64,000 nucleotides of DNA, taken from the NCBI GenBank assembly GCA_963555825.3, contig CAUVXB020000002.1:3392001-3456000 (forward strand), read 5' to 3'. This DNA is from Alphaproteobacteria bacterium (GTDB lineage: Bacteria; Pseudomonadota; Alphaproteobacteria; JAAXGF01). Under the pieces are notes generated by a model. The model did not search any database and was not told the origin of the DNA. It saw nothing but the letters and a program-made list of their open reading frames with translations. Positions 10,458-19,897 of the stretch are shown here, piece by piece; position 1 is the stretch's first letter; each line of letters opens with the position of its first letter. A program made the position numbers and the translations under genes.

Positions 10458-10889
10458 GTGTCCAAGGAGGACCGGAACATGACCGACAATTTTGAGAACA
10501 AAGTTGCTGTTGATGGGCCTGTGGTAAACGAGGGCGAGCTTGGCTCGTCCACGTTTTCCCCGGGCCAGGTTTCGCCGGCAGGCCCGCTGGGACTTGGCCA
10601 GCGGTGGACGGTGACGCGCAAGCGTGAGGTTGCCCTGCGGCTTTTGCGTGGCGAGCCGGTGGAACTTTTGTCGCGGCAGTTGGGCGTGGAGATTTTCCGG
10701 CTCGAGCAGTGGCGTGAGAAGGCGATCGCCGGGATCGATGCCTCGCTCAAGGAACGCAAGGGCGATCCGGTGAAGGCGGAACTGGACATCGCCATGAAGC
10801 GGATCGGGGAGTTGATCATGCAGGTGGAACTGCTGGAGGCCAAGACGGAGACGTCCGGCCCTTTGGGGCGGCGGAGGTCGCGGCGATGA
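10458..10889 (+). CDS. IS3-like OrfA (HTH); start may be ATG 10479
   Basis: RKREVALRLLRGEPVELLSRQLGV HTH; ATGA overlap with OrfB. Confidence 0.8.
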   Translation: MSKEDRNMTDNFENKVAVDGPVVNEGELGSSTFSPGQVSPAGPLGLGQRWTVTRKREVALRLLRGEPVELLSRQLGVEIFRLEQWREKAIAGIDASLKERKGDPVKAELDIAMKRIGELIMQVELLEAKTETSGPLGRRRSRR

Positions 10890-11797
10890 GTGCCGCCACC
10901 TCTCCCGGCACGGGTTTGGCCTACGGCCTCCAGCGGGTCTGTGCGGCCTGGGGTTTTGCCCGTTCCTCGTTCTACGCCATGAAATCCCGGCAGCAGGCCA
11001 CCGCTGAGCGCCCACCAGCAAAGCGCCGGGGACCGAAGCCCTCGATCTCGGACGAGGCTCTGCTGGTGGCCATCGAGGCCGACCTGGAGGCATCCCCCTG
11101 GGAGGGCGAGGGGCACCGCAAGGTCTGGGCTCGGCTTCGGGTCTGTCGTGGCATCCGTGTTTCCCGCAAGCGGGTGCTCCGGGTGATGCGCGAGAACAAC
11201 CTGCTCTCGCCCCATCGCTGCCGCCGCCGTGGCGGAAATCCCCATGTCGGTGAGATCATCACCCATGCCCCCAACCTCATGTGGGGCACGGACGGCGTTC
11301 GGGTGTTCACGGTGGACGACGGCTGGGGCTGGATATTCACCGCCATCGAGCATTGGAACGCCGAGTGCGTCGGCTGGCATGTGTGCAAGCGAGGCGACCG
11401 CTTCGCCGCCCTTCAGCCGATCTCCATGGGGCTTGCGAGGCTGTATGCCTCGACCTCCGCCGGTGCGGCGCGGGGGCTGGCCTTGCGGATGGATCACGGC
11501 TCCCAGTATCTGTCGGACCACTTCACCAACCAGATCAAGTTCTGGGGCATCCAGCCGTCCTACGCCTTCGTCGAACAGCCCCAGACCAACGGCGTCGCCG
11601 AGAGGTTCAATCGCACGCTCAAGGAACAGATCATCCATGGCCGCATCTACCGCAACATCGCGGAGCTGCGGAACGCCGTCCGCGGGTTCGTCGAACAGTA
11701 CAATGCCCAGTGGATCGTGGAGAAGAACGGCTACCTGAGCCCCGCTCAAGCTCGTCAGGCGTGGCACACCGCGATGTCACTCAGGCCCGCCGCATGA
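10886..11797 (+). CDS. IS3-like OrfB integrase-core (rve) transposase
   Basis: WGTD, DHGSQY, NGVAERFNRTLKE DDE motifs. Confidence 0.9.
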   Translation: MSAATSPGTGLAYGLQRVCAAWGFARSSFYAMKSRQQATAERPPAKRRGPKPSISDEALLVAIEADLEASPWEGEGHRKVWARLRVCRGIRVSRKRVLRVMRENNLLSPHRCRRRGGNPHVGEIITHAPNLMWGTDGVRVFTVDDGWGWIFTAIEHWNAECVGWHVCKRGDRFAALQPISMGLARLYASTSAGAARGLALRMDHGSQYLSDHFTNQIKFWGIQPSYAFVEQPQTNGVAERFNRTLKEQIIHGRIYRNIAELRNAVRGFVEQYNAQWIVEKNGYLSPAQARQAWHTAMSLRPAA

Positions 11798-12131
11798 GAC
11801 AAACTTGTGTCCAAGGAACCGGGTGCGATACAACCTTTGCAAGGGTTACTGTCCTCCGGTCGGTATCCGTATACCTCGGCCTGCCGCAGAATGACCGATA
11901 GCACCGGCAGCGAACGGTTAGCCGAGGCCGGTTTCGCGTGAAGGGACTCGAACCATTCCAGCACATCCCGCCGCGTAATGCCGGCGACCGGCCGCCCCTT
12001 GAACCATGGCTGGATATTGTTCTCGTAGTAGTTCAGGTTGACGGCGAGCGTGCGCGGCTTCCAGTGCCTCCGGTAATACGCGAACACCTCCTCGGCGACC
12101 GCCTCGAAAGCGAGAGCTATTGTCAAAAGTT

Positions 12132-13932
12132 GACGGGGCGGTAAAAAGTTGTTGGCCGATGGCGTGCTTGTACAGGTCTTTGCGGTTCGGTGAAGAATAT
12201 TTGCCTGTCTCCGCGTTGCTGGTGGATAAAACCTGATATTACCTATCCTTGGCTTCTCCTTGGCTTCGTTTTTTATGGTGCGATTGCCGCGCAGCGTCGG
12301 ATATTGAGGCCGAGGGCACGCAGATTGACCACGTAGCGCATGGCCGGCATGCCGCGAATGCGTAGGTGAGCCAGGTTCATCTGGTACTTTAATCGCGACA
12401 TGGTCGCTTCTATGCCGGCCCGCCATCTGTAGACGTCGCGGAAGGCATCGCTTTGTTCATAAAGCCGGCGCTTTTGGTTGGCAGCCCTGGCCGGGGTATA
12501 TTGAAAGCGGGAAAATTGGCCGTCACGCTTGGCCGCCTGCACGGGACATCGCAGTATATCGGGACATTTTTGGCAGATGGAAAGGTCGAAACGGGCCTGC
12601 AGCTTGGCTTTGGCGAGCGAGGCTGAAACCGGTTCGACGTTATTGGGACAGCGCAAGACCAAGCCTTCTTCGTTGAGAGTGAAATCCTCCAACGTCAACC
12701 GTCCCGAGACGGCGCCTTTCGGCGGTCGCGCGGGCGCCACGAGATTGATGTTCTGTTCGCGCGTCAGAGCCATGTTGTCACTGGAACCGTAATGTGAATC
12801 ACCCAGCATCACCGCCGGCGTCAGCGCGCGCTCGCTCAGATCATCCAGCGCATCGGCCAAGCGATGGCCGTCATGCACCGTCATCTTGTGGACCTCCACG
12901 TGGGTGATGAGGTCCGGTGTCGCGGCAACCGCCTCGTTACTGTCATCTTCACAATAGGTTTCGACGATCTGCGCCATGTATCCTTGACCCTTGTGCGCGT
13001 TGTAGCTCGCGTCCGGGTCGGCCGGATTGCCGACGGTATCGCACGGCACATCCTTTGGATCTCGAATCGCGGCGCGCGTTGCGTCACGATCGCCATACTC
13101 ATCATCAACGATCTCGAACTGATCGCGCAGAACCCTCTCCAGGATCGCAAAACTGAAAAGCTTTGCCGCCGCCGTGTCACGGAATTGCAGCACCAGGGCT
13201 AGGAGATACTGACCCGCTTCGCCGAGGCGCCGTTTTGAAACACTCGGCGCCGTATTCGCGAACGCGCCATTACCCTCGCGATCGACATAGCGGCGGATCA
13301 CCTCCTTGCTGATCTGCTCGTGCAGACCGGGATGATATCGCTCAAGCTCACGGGCAAACTTCGAGATGCTCTCAACAACGATACCAAGTCGTGTCAGCGC
13401 CCGCATTGCCGAACGAAGGGCCGTCGAATCCATGCGTTGGTGGCTGGTATCGACAGAGAACCCCTGCACCAGCCGATCCGTCAAACACCGGAACAGCAAT
13501 TCATCGAGACCTTGTTCGATAAACAGACGGCGATAGTTGCGCAGGGTTTTCTCACAGAAATAGCTGTCCGCTTCGCTGCGCACGTCCAAGGCATAGTGCC
13601 ACGCCATATTGAAGGCCAGGGCCTCGACGGTCTCTGCATCGCTCAGATCGTGCAGCTGCTGCAAAAGCAAGACCCCGATGACAACGTGTAGATCCTTCGA
13701 TGGTCGGCCCATGCGTTCATCAAGGTGACGGCAAAGATCGTCAACCGGAAGTTCGACAAGCAGATGGTTCCGAAAAACCCCGGCCCAGGATTGCTCCATC
13801 AGGCGCCGACGTTTGTCCCCGAAATCGGACCAGCGATCAAACAATTCCCCAGTCCGTCGGTCGCGTAAAGTAAACATGCACAATTATAATCCAGCCGACT
13901 CTCATGAGGAATCGACTTTTTACCGCCCCGTC
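12132..13932 (-). mobile_element. IS1182-family element
   Basis: Perfect TIR GACGGGGCGGTAAAAAGT / ACTTTTTACCGCCCCGTC; duplication AAAAGTT (boundary ambiguous by 1-2 nt). Confidence 0.88.
12273..13877 (-). CDS. IS1182-type DDE transposase
   Basis: GRPS…LQQLHDLSD N-terminal domain, MDST, GDSHYG, C-x2-C-x4-C, YRWRAGIEATMS. Confidence 0.85.
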   Translation of the reverse strand: MFTLRDRRTGELFDRWSDFGDKRRRLMEQSWAGVFRNHLLVELPVDDLCRHLDERMGRPSKDLHVVIGVLLLQQLHDLSDAETVEALAFNMAWHYALDVRSEADSYFCEKTLRNYRRLFIEQGLDELLFRCLTDRLVQGFSVDTSHQRMDSTALRSAMRALTRLGIVVESISKFARELERYHPGLHEQISKEVIRRYVDREGNGAFANTAPSVSKRRLGEAGQYLLALVLQFRDTAAAKLFSFAILERVLRDQFEIVDDEYGDRDATRAAIRDPKDVPCDTVGNPADPDASYNAHKGQGYMAQIVETYCEDDSNEAVAATPDLITHVEVHKMTVHDGHRLADALDDLSERALTPAVMLGDSHYGSSDNMALTREQNINLVAPARPPKGAVSGRLTLEDFTLNEEGLVLRCPNNVEPVSASLAKAKLQARFDLSICQKCPDILRCPVQAAKRDGQFSRFQYTPARAANQKRRLYEQSDAFRDVYRWRAGIEATMSRLKYQMNLAHLRIRGMPAMRYVVNLRALGLNIRRCAAIAP

Positions 13933-14392
13933 AAAAGTTGTGTATGGGCTGATCATGCGGCGGCGCGATCCTGGCGTTCTCCATCTACGAATTTGACGCC
14001 GCGAATGATCTCGGCGAGATGGTTCGATCCATCGAGTTTTCTCCATTTTCTCTGAGCGCACTGGCATAGTTTGAAGACCATGGCCATCGCCGTCTTGCGC
14101 GACAGGCAGCCCTTGGTCCGGTAGGTGCGCAGACGAACCGTGGCGAACGTGCTCTCGATGGGGTTGGTCGTGCGTACATGCTTCCAGTGCTCGGCGGGGA
14201 ATGTCAATGGCGGAGCAAAAAGGGACCACCTCGGCGGTGTAAGAAGGGACCGCTTGGCGGCTGCGGGCTTGTCCCCGTAGTCCACGGGAGGGCCCCGCGC
14301 GCGACGCGGCGTGCCCTCAACAGGCTGACGCGGCGGCGCGCGCGGGAGGGACCTGTGGGCCCACGGGGTCAAGCGTGGGCTGGGTGGTCGGT

Positions 14393-15157
14393 TCAGTTAG
14401 CAGTCGGGGTTTGACGCCTGCGGCTCTGGTTGAGCCTGTAGCTGTCACCGTTCATCTCGAGGATGTTGACGTGGTGGGTGAGGCGATCGAGGAGCGCGCC
14501 GGTGAGGCGCTCGGAGCCGAACACCTCGGTCCATTCGTCGAAGGGCAGATTGGTGGTGACCAGGGTCGAGCCCCGCTCGTAGCGTTGGCTGAACACCTCG
14601 AACAACAGCTCGGCGCCGGTCTTCGACAGCGGCACGAAGCCGAGTTCGTCGACGATCAGAAGCTTGTAGGTGGCGAGCTTCTTCTGGAACCTCAGCAGCT
14701 GCTTGTCATCGCGGGCCTCGATGAGTTCGTGGACCAGCGCGGCGGCGGTGATGAAGCCGACCGAGAGGCCCTTCTGGCAGGCCGCCAGGCCGAGACCGAG
14801 GGCGATGTGGGTCTTGCCGGTCCCACTGTTGCCGAGCGCGATGAGGTTCTCGCGGCGCTCGATGTACTCGCAGCGGGCCAGCTCCAGGACCAGCGCCTTG
14901 TTGAGCGAGGGGATGACCTTGAAGTCGAAGCTGTCGAGGCTCTTGACCACGGGGAAGCGCGCCGCCTTGATGCGCCGCTCGACCATGCGGCGCTCGCGGT
15001 CGATCAGCTCGAGCTCGGCGAGTCTCAACAGGTAGCGGACGTGATCGACGCCTTCCGAGGCGCACTGCCGGGCGATCTTGTCGTACTCGCGCAGGAAGGT
15101 CGGCAGCTTCAGCGTCTTGAGGTGGTGGGCGAGCAGCACTTGCGGTGTGTCGGTCAT
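14393..15157 (-). CDS. istB: IS21 helper ATPase IstB
   Basis: GNSGTGKT Walker A, LIVDELG Walker B, LLDRLTHH; ATGA overlap with istA. Confidence 0.95.
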   Translation of the reverse strand: MTDTPQVLLAHHLKTLKLPTFLREYDKIARQCASEGVDHVRYLLRLAELELIDRERRMVERRIKAARFPVVKSLDSFDFKVIPSLNKALVLELARCEYIERRENLIALGNSGTGKTHIALGLGLAACQKGLSVGFITAAALVHELIEARDDKQLLRFQKKLATYKLLIVDELGFVPLSKTGAELLFEVFSQRYERGSTLVTTNLPFDEWTEVFGSERLTGALLDRLTHHVNILEMNGDSYRLNQSRRRQTPTAN

Positions 15158-16653
15158 GCGCCGAGCCCCGACAGCAGGCTCATGTACGACTTGGCGGACG
15201 TCATCGCGACCCGGGCGCGCGGCAGATACGGATAGACGTCGAGGTTGAGCCTGGGCGGCCGCCGCTCGATGCGGCACAGTACCAGGTGCTTCACCGCATC
15301 AAAGCCGATTGCGCCGAGCCGCAGGGCGTCGCCGACCGCACCCTCGACCTCCTCGAGCCGGAAGGTCTCCAGTAGACGGAGCACCTGGACGTACTCGCGC
15401 TTGCCTGCCTTGCCCATACGAGCTTCGAGGAGCCGCCGCAGAGTGATGAAGGCCTCGGGCAGGTCCCAGCCCGCCAATGGCGCGGCCTGGTCGAGGGCGC
15501 CGATCTTCTGCTCGATCAAGGGCAGGTAATGCAGCGGGTCGAAGATCAGGTCCTCGCTGTCGTAGGACCGGCGGTGCCGGGCGATCACCTCGGCCCCGCA
15601 GCTGATCACCACCTCATCGACGTAGCCCCGGATGAGCACCTCACGGTGGCCGTAGGCCACGGGCACGGAATAGTCGTTGCTGCGGTAACGCACCAGCGAC
15701 AGCGAACTCGCCCGTCCAGGGCGCTTATCGCAGGCATCATAGGGAGCAGGCGGCAATGGCAAGAGAACTTGACGATCCCGCTCGAGACGCTCGCCGATGG
15801 TCTCCTTGTGGCCCCGCAGCCGCGCCGCCTGGCGCCGGCGGCACTGTTCGGCGAGAGCATCGTTGAGGGCCGCGAAGCTCTCGGCACGCGGGACGGGGAC
15901 CAGGAAGTTCCGCCGGATGAAGCCGACCAGTCCCTCGACCTTGCCCTTGTCGTTGCCCTTGCCCGGCCGGCCGAACCTGTCCTCGAACAGATAGTGGGAC
16001 TGAAGCTCCGTGAAGACGCGCGTTCGCTGCCGCTTCCCATCGCCCAGGATCCGGGCAACCGCCAGCTTGGTGTTGTCGTACAGGATGGATCGGGGGACGC
16101 CGCCGAAGAAGGCAAACGCCGCGTTGTGGCCATCGCAGAATGCTTCGGTCGTCTCCGCCGGATAGGCCGCAACAAAGCAACCATCACTGTGGGGAAGGTC
16201 GAAGGCAAGGAAGTGGATCTTCCGTAACGCGCCGCCGATCACCGCCATCGCTTCGCCGAAGTCCGCCTGGGCGTGACCGGGGGAATGGGAGAGTGGCACG
16301 AACACCTCACGCGACCGAAGCCCCTGCTCACGAACGTAGTCCTTCACGATGGTGTAGCCGCCCGTGAAACCGTACTCGTCCCGGAGGCGGTCGAAGATGC
16401 GCTTCGCAGTGTGCCGTTGCTTGCGGTGGCTGGTCCGATCGTCTTCCAAGATCCGATCGATGATTCCCGTGAACGGACCCAGCTTTGGCCGCCTCGGCGG
16501 CGCGCTTCGGCGATACCCTGGCGGCACCGAGAACGACAGCATCTTACGGACCGTCTTGCGGTCTACACCAAACACCCGCGAGGCCTCGCGGGTGCTCATC
16601 CCCTCGACATGACACGCCCGCCGAACCCGTGCGTACAACTCCACCCGATACAT
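15154..16653 (-). CDS. istA: IS21 transposase IstA
   Basis: 499 aa; AQADFG, YDN, KGKVE motifs. Confidence 0.95.
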   Translation of the reverse strand: MYRVELYARVRRACHVEGMSTREASRVFGVDRKTVRKMLSFSVPPGYRRSAPPRRPKLGPFTGIIDRILEDDRTSHRKQRHTAKRIFDRLRDEYGFTGGYTIVKDYVREQGLRSREVFVPLSHSPGHAQADFGEAMAVIGGALRKIHFLAFDLPHSDGCFVAAYPAETTEAFCDGHNAAFAFFGGVPRSILYDNTKLAVARILGDGKRQRTRVFTELQSHYLFEDRFGRPGKGNDKGKVEGLVGFIRRNFLVPVPRAESFAALNDALAEQCRRRQAARLRGHKETIGERLERDRQVLLPLPPAPYDACDKRPGRASSLSLVRYRSNDYSVPVAYGHREVLIRGYVDEVVISCGAEVIARHRRSYDSEDLIFDPLHYLPLIEQKIGALDQAAPLAGWDLPEAFITLRRLLEARMGKAGKREYVQVLRLLETFRLEEVEGAVGDALRLGAIGFDAVKHLVLCRIERRPPRLNLDVYPYLPRARVAMTSAKSYMSLLSGLGA

Positions 16654-16774
16654 CCCCCCCCGCCTTCCAGTCAGAGCAACCCTGACAGAAGGCTATACGC
16701 GGTCCCATTTTGGTCCGCCGCAGCCGGATCGACCGGCCGCTTCAGTGGGGGATTATTGCTCTGCCGTTCTCACA

Positions 16775-16836
16775 CCGGCAGCGCGTGCTGCTCATAGAAC
16801 GGCAGCACCTTGTCATTGAGCATGTCGGCTGACGTG
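16775..16836 (-). pseudogene. IS481-like transposase scrap between two IS21 ends
   Basis: rc translates SADMLNDKVLPFYEQHALP. Confidence 0.5.
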
Positions 16837-16958
16837 TGTTGGTAACGACCGTAAATTTCCCATTTGTAACGACCCAAAATTTCTCACTTTGGGCTTGTCG
16901 CTGAAGGCGTATCGGGCCGTTCTGTTGGCTTTGCCAACAGAACGGGATCGGTGCGCGG

Positions 16959-17981
16959 ATGTACAAATGGGAGATCAGGATGTTATTGAAGCACTATCTG
17001 GACCGGGGCGTCTCGAAGGCGGAGCTGTCGAGGCGGTTCGGGGTGAATCGTCGGACGATCCACAATTGGGTCGATACCGGCCAACTGGACCGGGATCTGG
17101 CCGCCGGTGCGCGAGGGTATTCGCCCCGTCCGCCGGTGGCCCACAAGCTGGCCCCCTACAAGGCAATCATCGACGCCCGTCTTGAGGCGTTCCCGAAGCT
17201 GTCGGCGAAGCGGCTTTTCGATGAGGTCCGCGCTGCGGGCTACCCGGGCTGCTACTCTCGCGTGAACGACTACGTGCGTGCGACGCGACCGCGCGAACCG
17301 GTTGAATCGCTGGTCCGGTTCGAGACGCCGGCGGGGCATCAGGGCCAGGTGGACTTCGGTACGTTCACGCTACCCTGGGGCCGGCGCCATGCCCTGGTGA
17401 TCGTCCTCGGCTACTCCCGGCTGCTGTGGCTGCACTTCTATACTCGGCAGACCATGCCGGTCCTGATGGAAGGTCTGGAGAGCGCCTTCGACCGGTTCAG
17501 CGGGGTTCCGGAGGAGCTGCTGTTCGACCAGATGCGCGCCGTGGTGCTGTCCGACGACCGCGGGGCCGGCGGCGGCCTGGTGCTGAACGAGGAGTTCCTG
17601 CGGTTCGCCGCGCACTGGGGGTTCATGCCGCGCTCGTGCCGACCCTATCGGGCCCAGACCAAGGGCAAAGTGGAGCGCCCGATCCGCTACATCCGCGAGA
17701 GCTTCTTCTACGGCCGCTCGTTTGCGAATGACAACGATCTCAACGAGCAGGCCGTGCGCTGGCTGGAGGGCACAGCCAACGTCCGCCGGCATGCCACGAC
17801 CGGGGAGCGTCCTGTCGACCGCTTCGAGCGCGACGAGCGGGCGGTGCTTCTCCCCTTGGCGAACCATCCCTATCGACGTCTCGGCGCCCGGCATGCTCCG
17901 GAGCCCGCGCCGCGGCGACTGCCGGCAACCGTGAAGGTCGAGCGGCGACCGCTTAGTATCTATACGGAGGCGCTGCAATGA
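16959..17981 (+). CDS. istA: IS21 transposase IstA (short type)
   Basis: RFETPAGHQGQVDFG, FDQM, TKGKVER. Confidence 0.93.
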   Translation: MYKWEIRMLLKHYLDRGVSKAELSRRFGVNRRTIHNWVDTGQLDRDLAAGARGYSPRPPVAHKLAPYKAIIDARLEAFPKLSAKRLFDEVRAAGYPGCYSRVNDYVRATRPREPVESLVRFETPAGHQGQVDFGTFTLPWGRRHALVIVLGYSRLLWLHFYTRQTMPVLMEGLESAFDRFSGVPEELLFDQMRAVVLSDDRGAGGGLVLNEEFLRFAAHWGFMPRSCRPYRAQTKGKVERPIRYIRESFFYGRSFANDNDLNEQAVRWLEGTANVRRHATTGERPVDRFERDERAVLLPLANHPYRRLGARHAPEPAPRRLPATVKVERRPLSIYTEALQ

Positions 17982-18775
17982 ACGCTCCGGCGCCGGCCCG
18001 GCGCGACCGGCTGCGGGCAATGCTGGCGGACCTCAAGATGCCGGGCGCGCTGGAGGCCGTCGACGGTATCCTCTCGGACGCCGACGGCGGCACAATCTCG
18101 GCGGCCGAGGCCATCGAGCAGTTGCTGAACGCCCAGATCGTGCTGCGCAACAACCGTCGTCTCCAGACCGCCATGCGCTCCTCGCGGCTGCCGGCTGTGA
18201 AGACGCTCGATCAGTTCGACTTCGCCTTCCAGCCCAGCATCAAGCGCGAGCAGATCGAGAGCTTGCACGAGCTCGGCTTCCTGGACCGCGGCGAGAACGT
18301 GATCCTGCTCGGCCCGCCAGGCGTCGGGAAAACGCACTTGGCGATCAGCCTCGCGATCGCGGCGGCCGAGGCCGGCCGGCGCGTCTACTACGGCACGCTC
18401 GCGGGGCTGATCGAGTCCCTCACCGAGGCCAAGGCCGCCGGCAATCTGACCCGGCGGCTGCGCGTGCTCACCCATCCGGCTCTGCTGGTGGTCGACGAGA
18501 TCGGCTACCTGCCGGTCAACCAGGACGGCGCCGTGCTCTTCTTCCAGCTCATCAACGCCCGGCACGAGAAGGCGTCGACTGTGCTGACGTCGAACAAGGG
18601 TTTCGAGGACTGGGGCGGCGTGCTGGGCGACGAGGTGATGGCGGCGGCTCTCATCGACCGCCTTGTGCACCACTGCCATATCGTCAACATCCGAGGCAAC
18701 AGCTACCGGATGAAGGATCATCAGAACCTGCTGCAGTCCGGCTCGGATCGACGCAGGAAAAGAGCCGCCGAGTGA
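17978..18775 (+). CDS. istB: IS21 helper ATPase IstB
   Basis: GPPGVGKT, LVVDEIGY, IDRLVHH. Confidence 0.95.
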   Translation: MNAPAPARRDRLRAMLADLKMPGALEAVDGILSDADGGTISAAEAIEQLLNAQIVLRNNRRLQTAMRSSRLPAVKTLDQFDFAFQPSIKREQIESLHELGFLDRGENVILLGPPGVGKTHLAISLAIAAAEAGRRVYYGTLAGLIESLTEAKAAGNLTRRLRVLTHPALLVVDEIGYLPVNQDGAVLFFQLINARHEKASTVLTSNKGFEDWGGVLGDEVMAAALIDRLVHHCHIVNIRGNSYRMKDHQNLLQSGSDRRRKRAAE

Positions 18776-18962
18776 TCGCCGACTCAAACGGAGACAGGAG
18801 CGGTGACACCCGCCCGCTGTGGATAACCGGGTTGTCGCCGCCAGACTCTTGGCGGTCGCTGCGCCAACCCGGTTACCTACAGCTCGACCAAGTCCGTACC
18901 CCCAAACACTGCGTCTGGGGGTACGACCGCACGCCCAAAGTGAGAAATTTTCGATCGACAAA

Positions 18963-19897
18963 TGGAGTGCGCCCCTGGACCCGGACAGGTGATGTATAAG
19001 GAGTTGACCGGGGACGCCGGGCTTTCAGAGGATGAAAGCCATGGCAAAGCACCGCACATACAGTATCGAATTCAAGCGGCAGGTGGCGCAGGAGTTTCTC
19101 GCCGGGGAGAGCCTTCACGGGCTCTCCCGGCGCCACGACGTCTCGCGTAACTTGATCCGTGTCTGGGTGGCGAAGCTGGAAGCCGGCACCTACGACGAAG
19201 ATGCCGAGGCTGCCGATCTCCTGCAGGAATACGAGGCGAAAATCGCTGCCCTCGAGCGCCTGGTCGGCCGGCAGGCGCTGGAGATCGAGTTTCTAAAAGG
19301 GGCTCTGAAAAGCGCACCCCGGCCGAGAAGCGCGACTACATCCGTGATTGCCGGCCCGATGGTCTCTCCATCGCCCAAGGATGCCGACTGATGGGCCTGC
19401 CACGCTCGACCTATTACGACGCGCCGGTGGCCACGGCCGACGAGGCCGAGATCGTCGCCCGCATCGAGGCGATCTGTGAGGAGTTCGAAGCCTACGGCTA
19501 TCGCCGTGTCGGTGCCGCGCTGCGCCACCAAGGCATCATCGTCAACAGCAAGAAGGTCCGCCGTCTGATGCGCGAACACGACCTGCAGCCCAGGCGCCGC
19601 AAGCGCTTCGTCGCCACCACTGACAGCGATCATGACGGGCCGATCTTCCCCAACCTTGCCAAGGACGTCACGGCTGACGGGCCGAACCAGCTCTGGGTCG
19701 CCGACATCACCTACGTCGCGATCGCTGTCGGCTTCGTCTATGTCGCGGTCATCCTCGATGCCTGGTCGCGCCGGGTCGTGGGCTATGCGATCAGCCGATC
19801 GATCGATGCGCGTCTCACCATAGCGGCGCTCAAAGCGGCCATTCGATCGCGGCGGCCCCCGGCGGGCTGCATCCACCATTCGGATCGCGGCTCGCAG
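18963..19897 (+). mobile_element. IS3-family element, 5' part (OrfA 19032-19391, OrfB 19391 onward), cut by IS30
   Basis: IRL TGGAGTGCGCCCC…CCGGACA; WVADITY…HHSDRGSQ then IS30 sequence. Confidence 0.88.

Larger units (their letters stand above)
10413..11832 (+). mobile_element. 1420-bp IS3-like element, copy 1
   Basis: TG…CA ends with TIRs TGAGTCGGACCCGATTTCCTTGGACACA / TGTATCGCACCCGGTTCCTTGGACACA; 14-bp TSD ACCTTTGCAAGGGT. Confidence 0.92.
9835..12113 (-). pseudogene. Second tyrosine integrase, split by the IS3-like element and 5'-truncated by an IS256 end
   Basis: Removing 10413-11832 plus one TSD restores SNPCKGIKRYRRRARERFLS…LLLLTGCRKGE…HDLRHT…LGH…TLKY. Confidence 0.88.
12114..14201 (-). 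mobile_element. IS256 3' remnant (same element as 1947-3321); IRR split by IS1182, body cut by IS21
   Basis: GAGCTATTGTCAAAAGTTG at 12114 resumes at ~13931; 13953-14201 encodes FPAEHWKHVRTTNPIES…QDRAAA*. Confidence 0.9.
14202..16774 (-). mobile_element. IS21-family element A, copy 1
   Basis: Ends TGTCAATGGCGGAGCAA and (rc) TGTGAGAACGGCAGAGCAA; istAB; flanks differ (no TSD). Confidence 0.92.
16837..18962 (+). mobile_element. IS21-family element B; right end clipped by IS3
   Basis: TGTTGG start with repeated GTAACGACC…AAATTTC subterminal units; partial IRR AAAGTGAGAAATTTT at ~18937. Confidence 0.88.

Noticed and set aside
10313-11767. 484-aa minus-strand ORF (and its 496-aa twin at 45993-47483)
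   Set aside because: Antisense shadow of the IS3-like genes; its C-terminus differs with flanking DNA.
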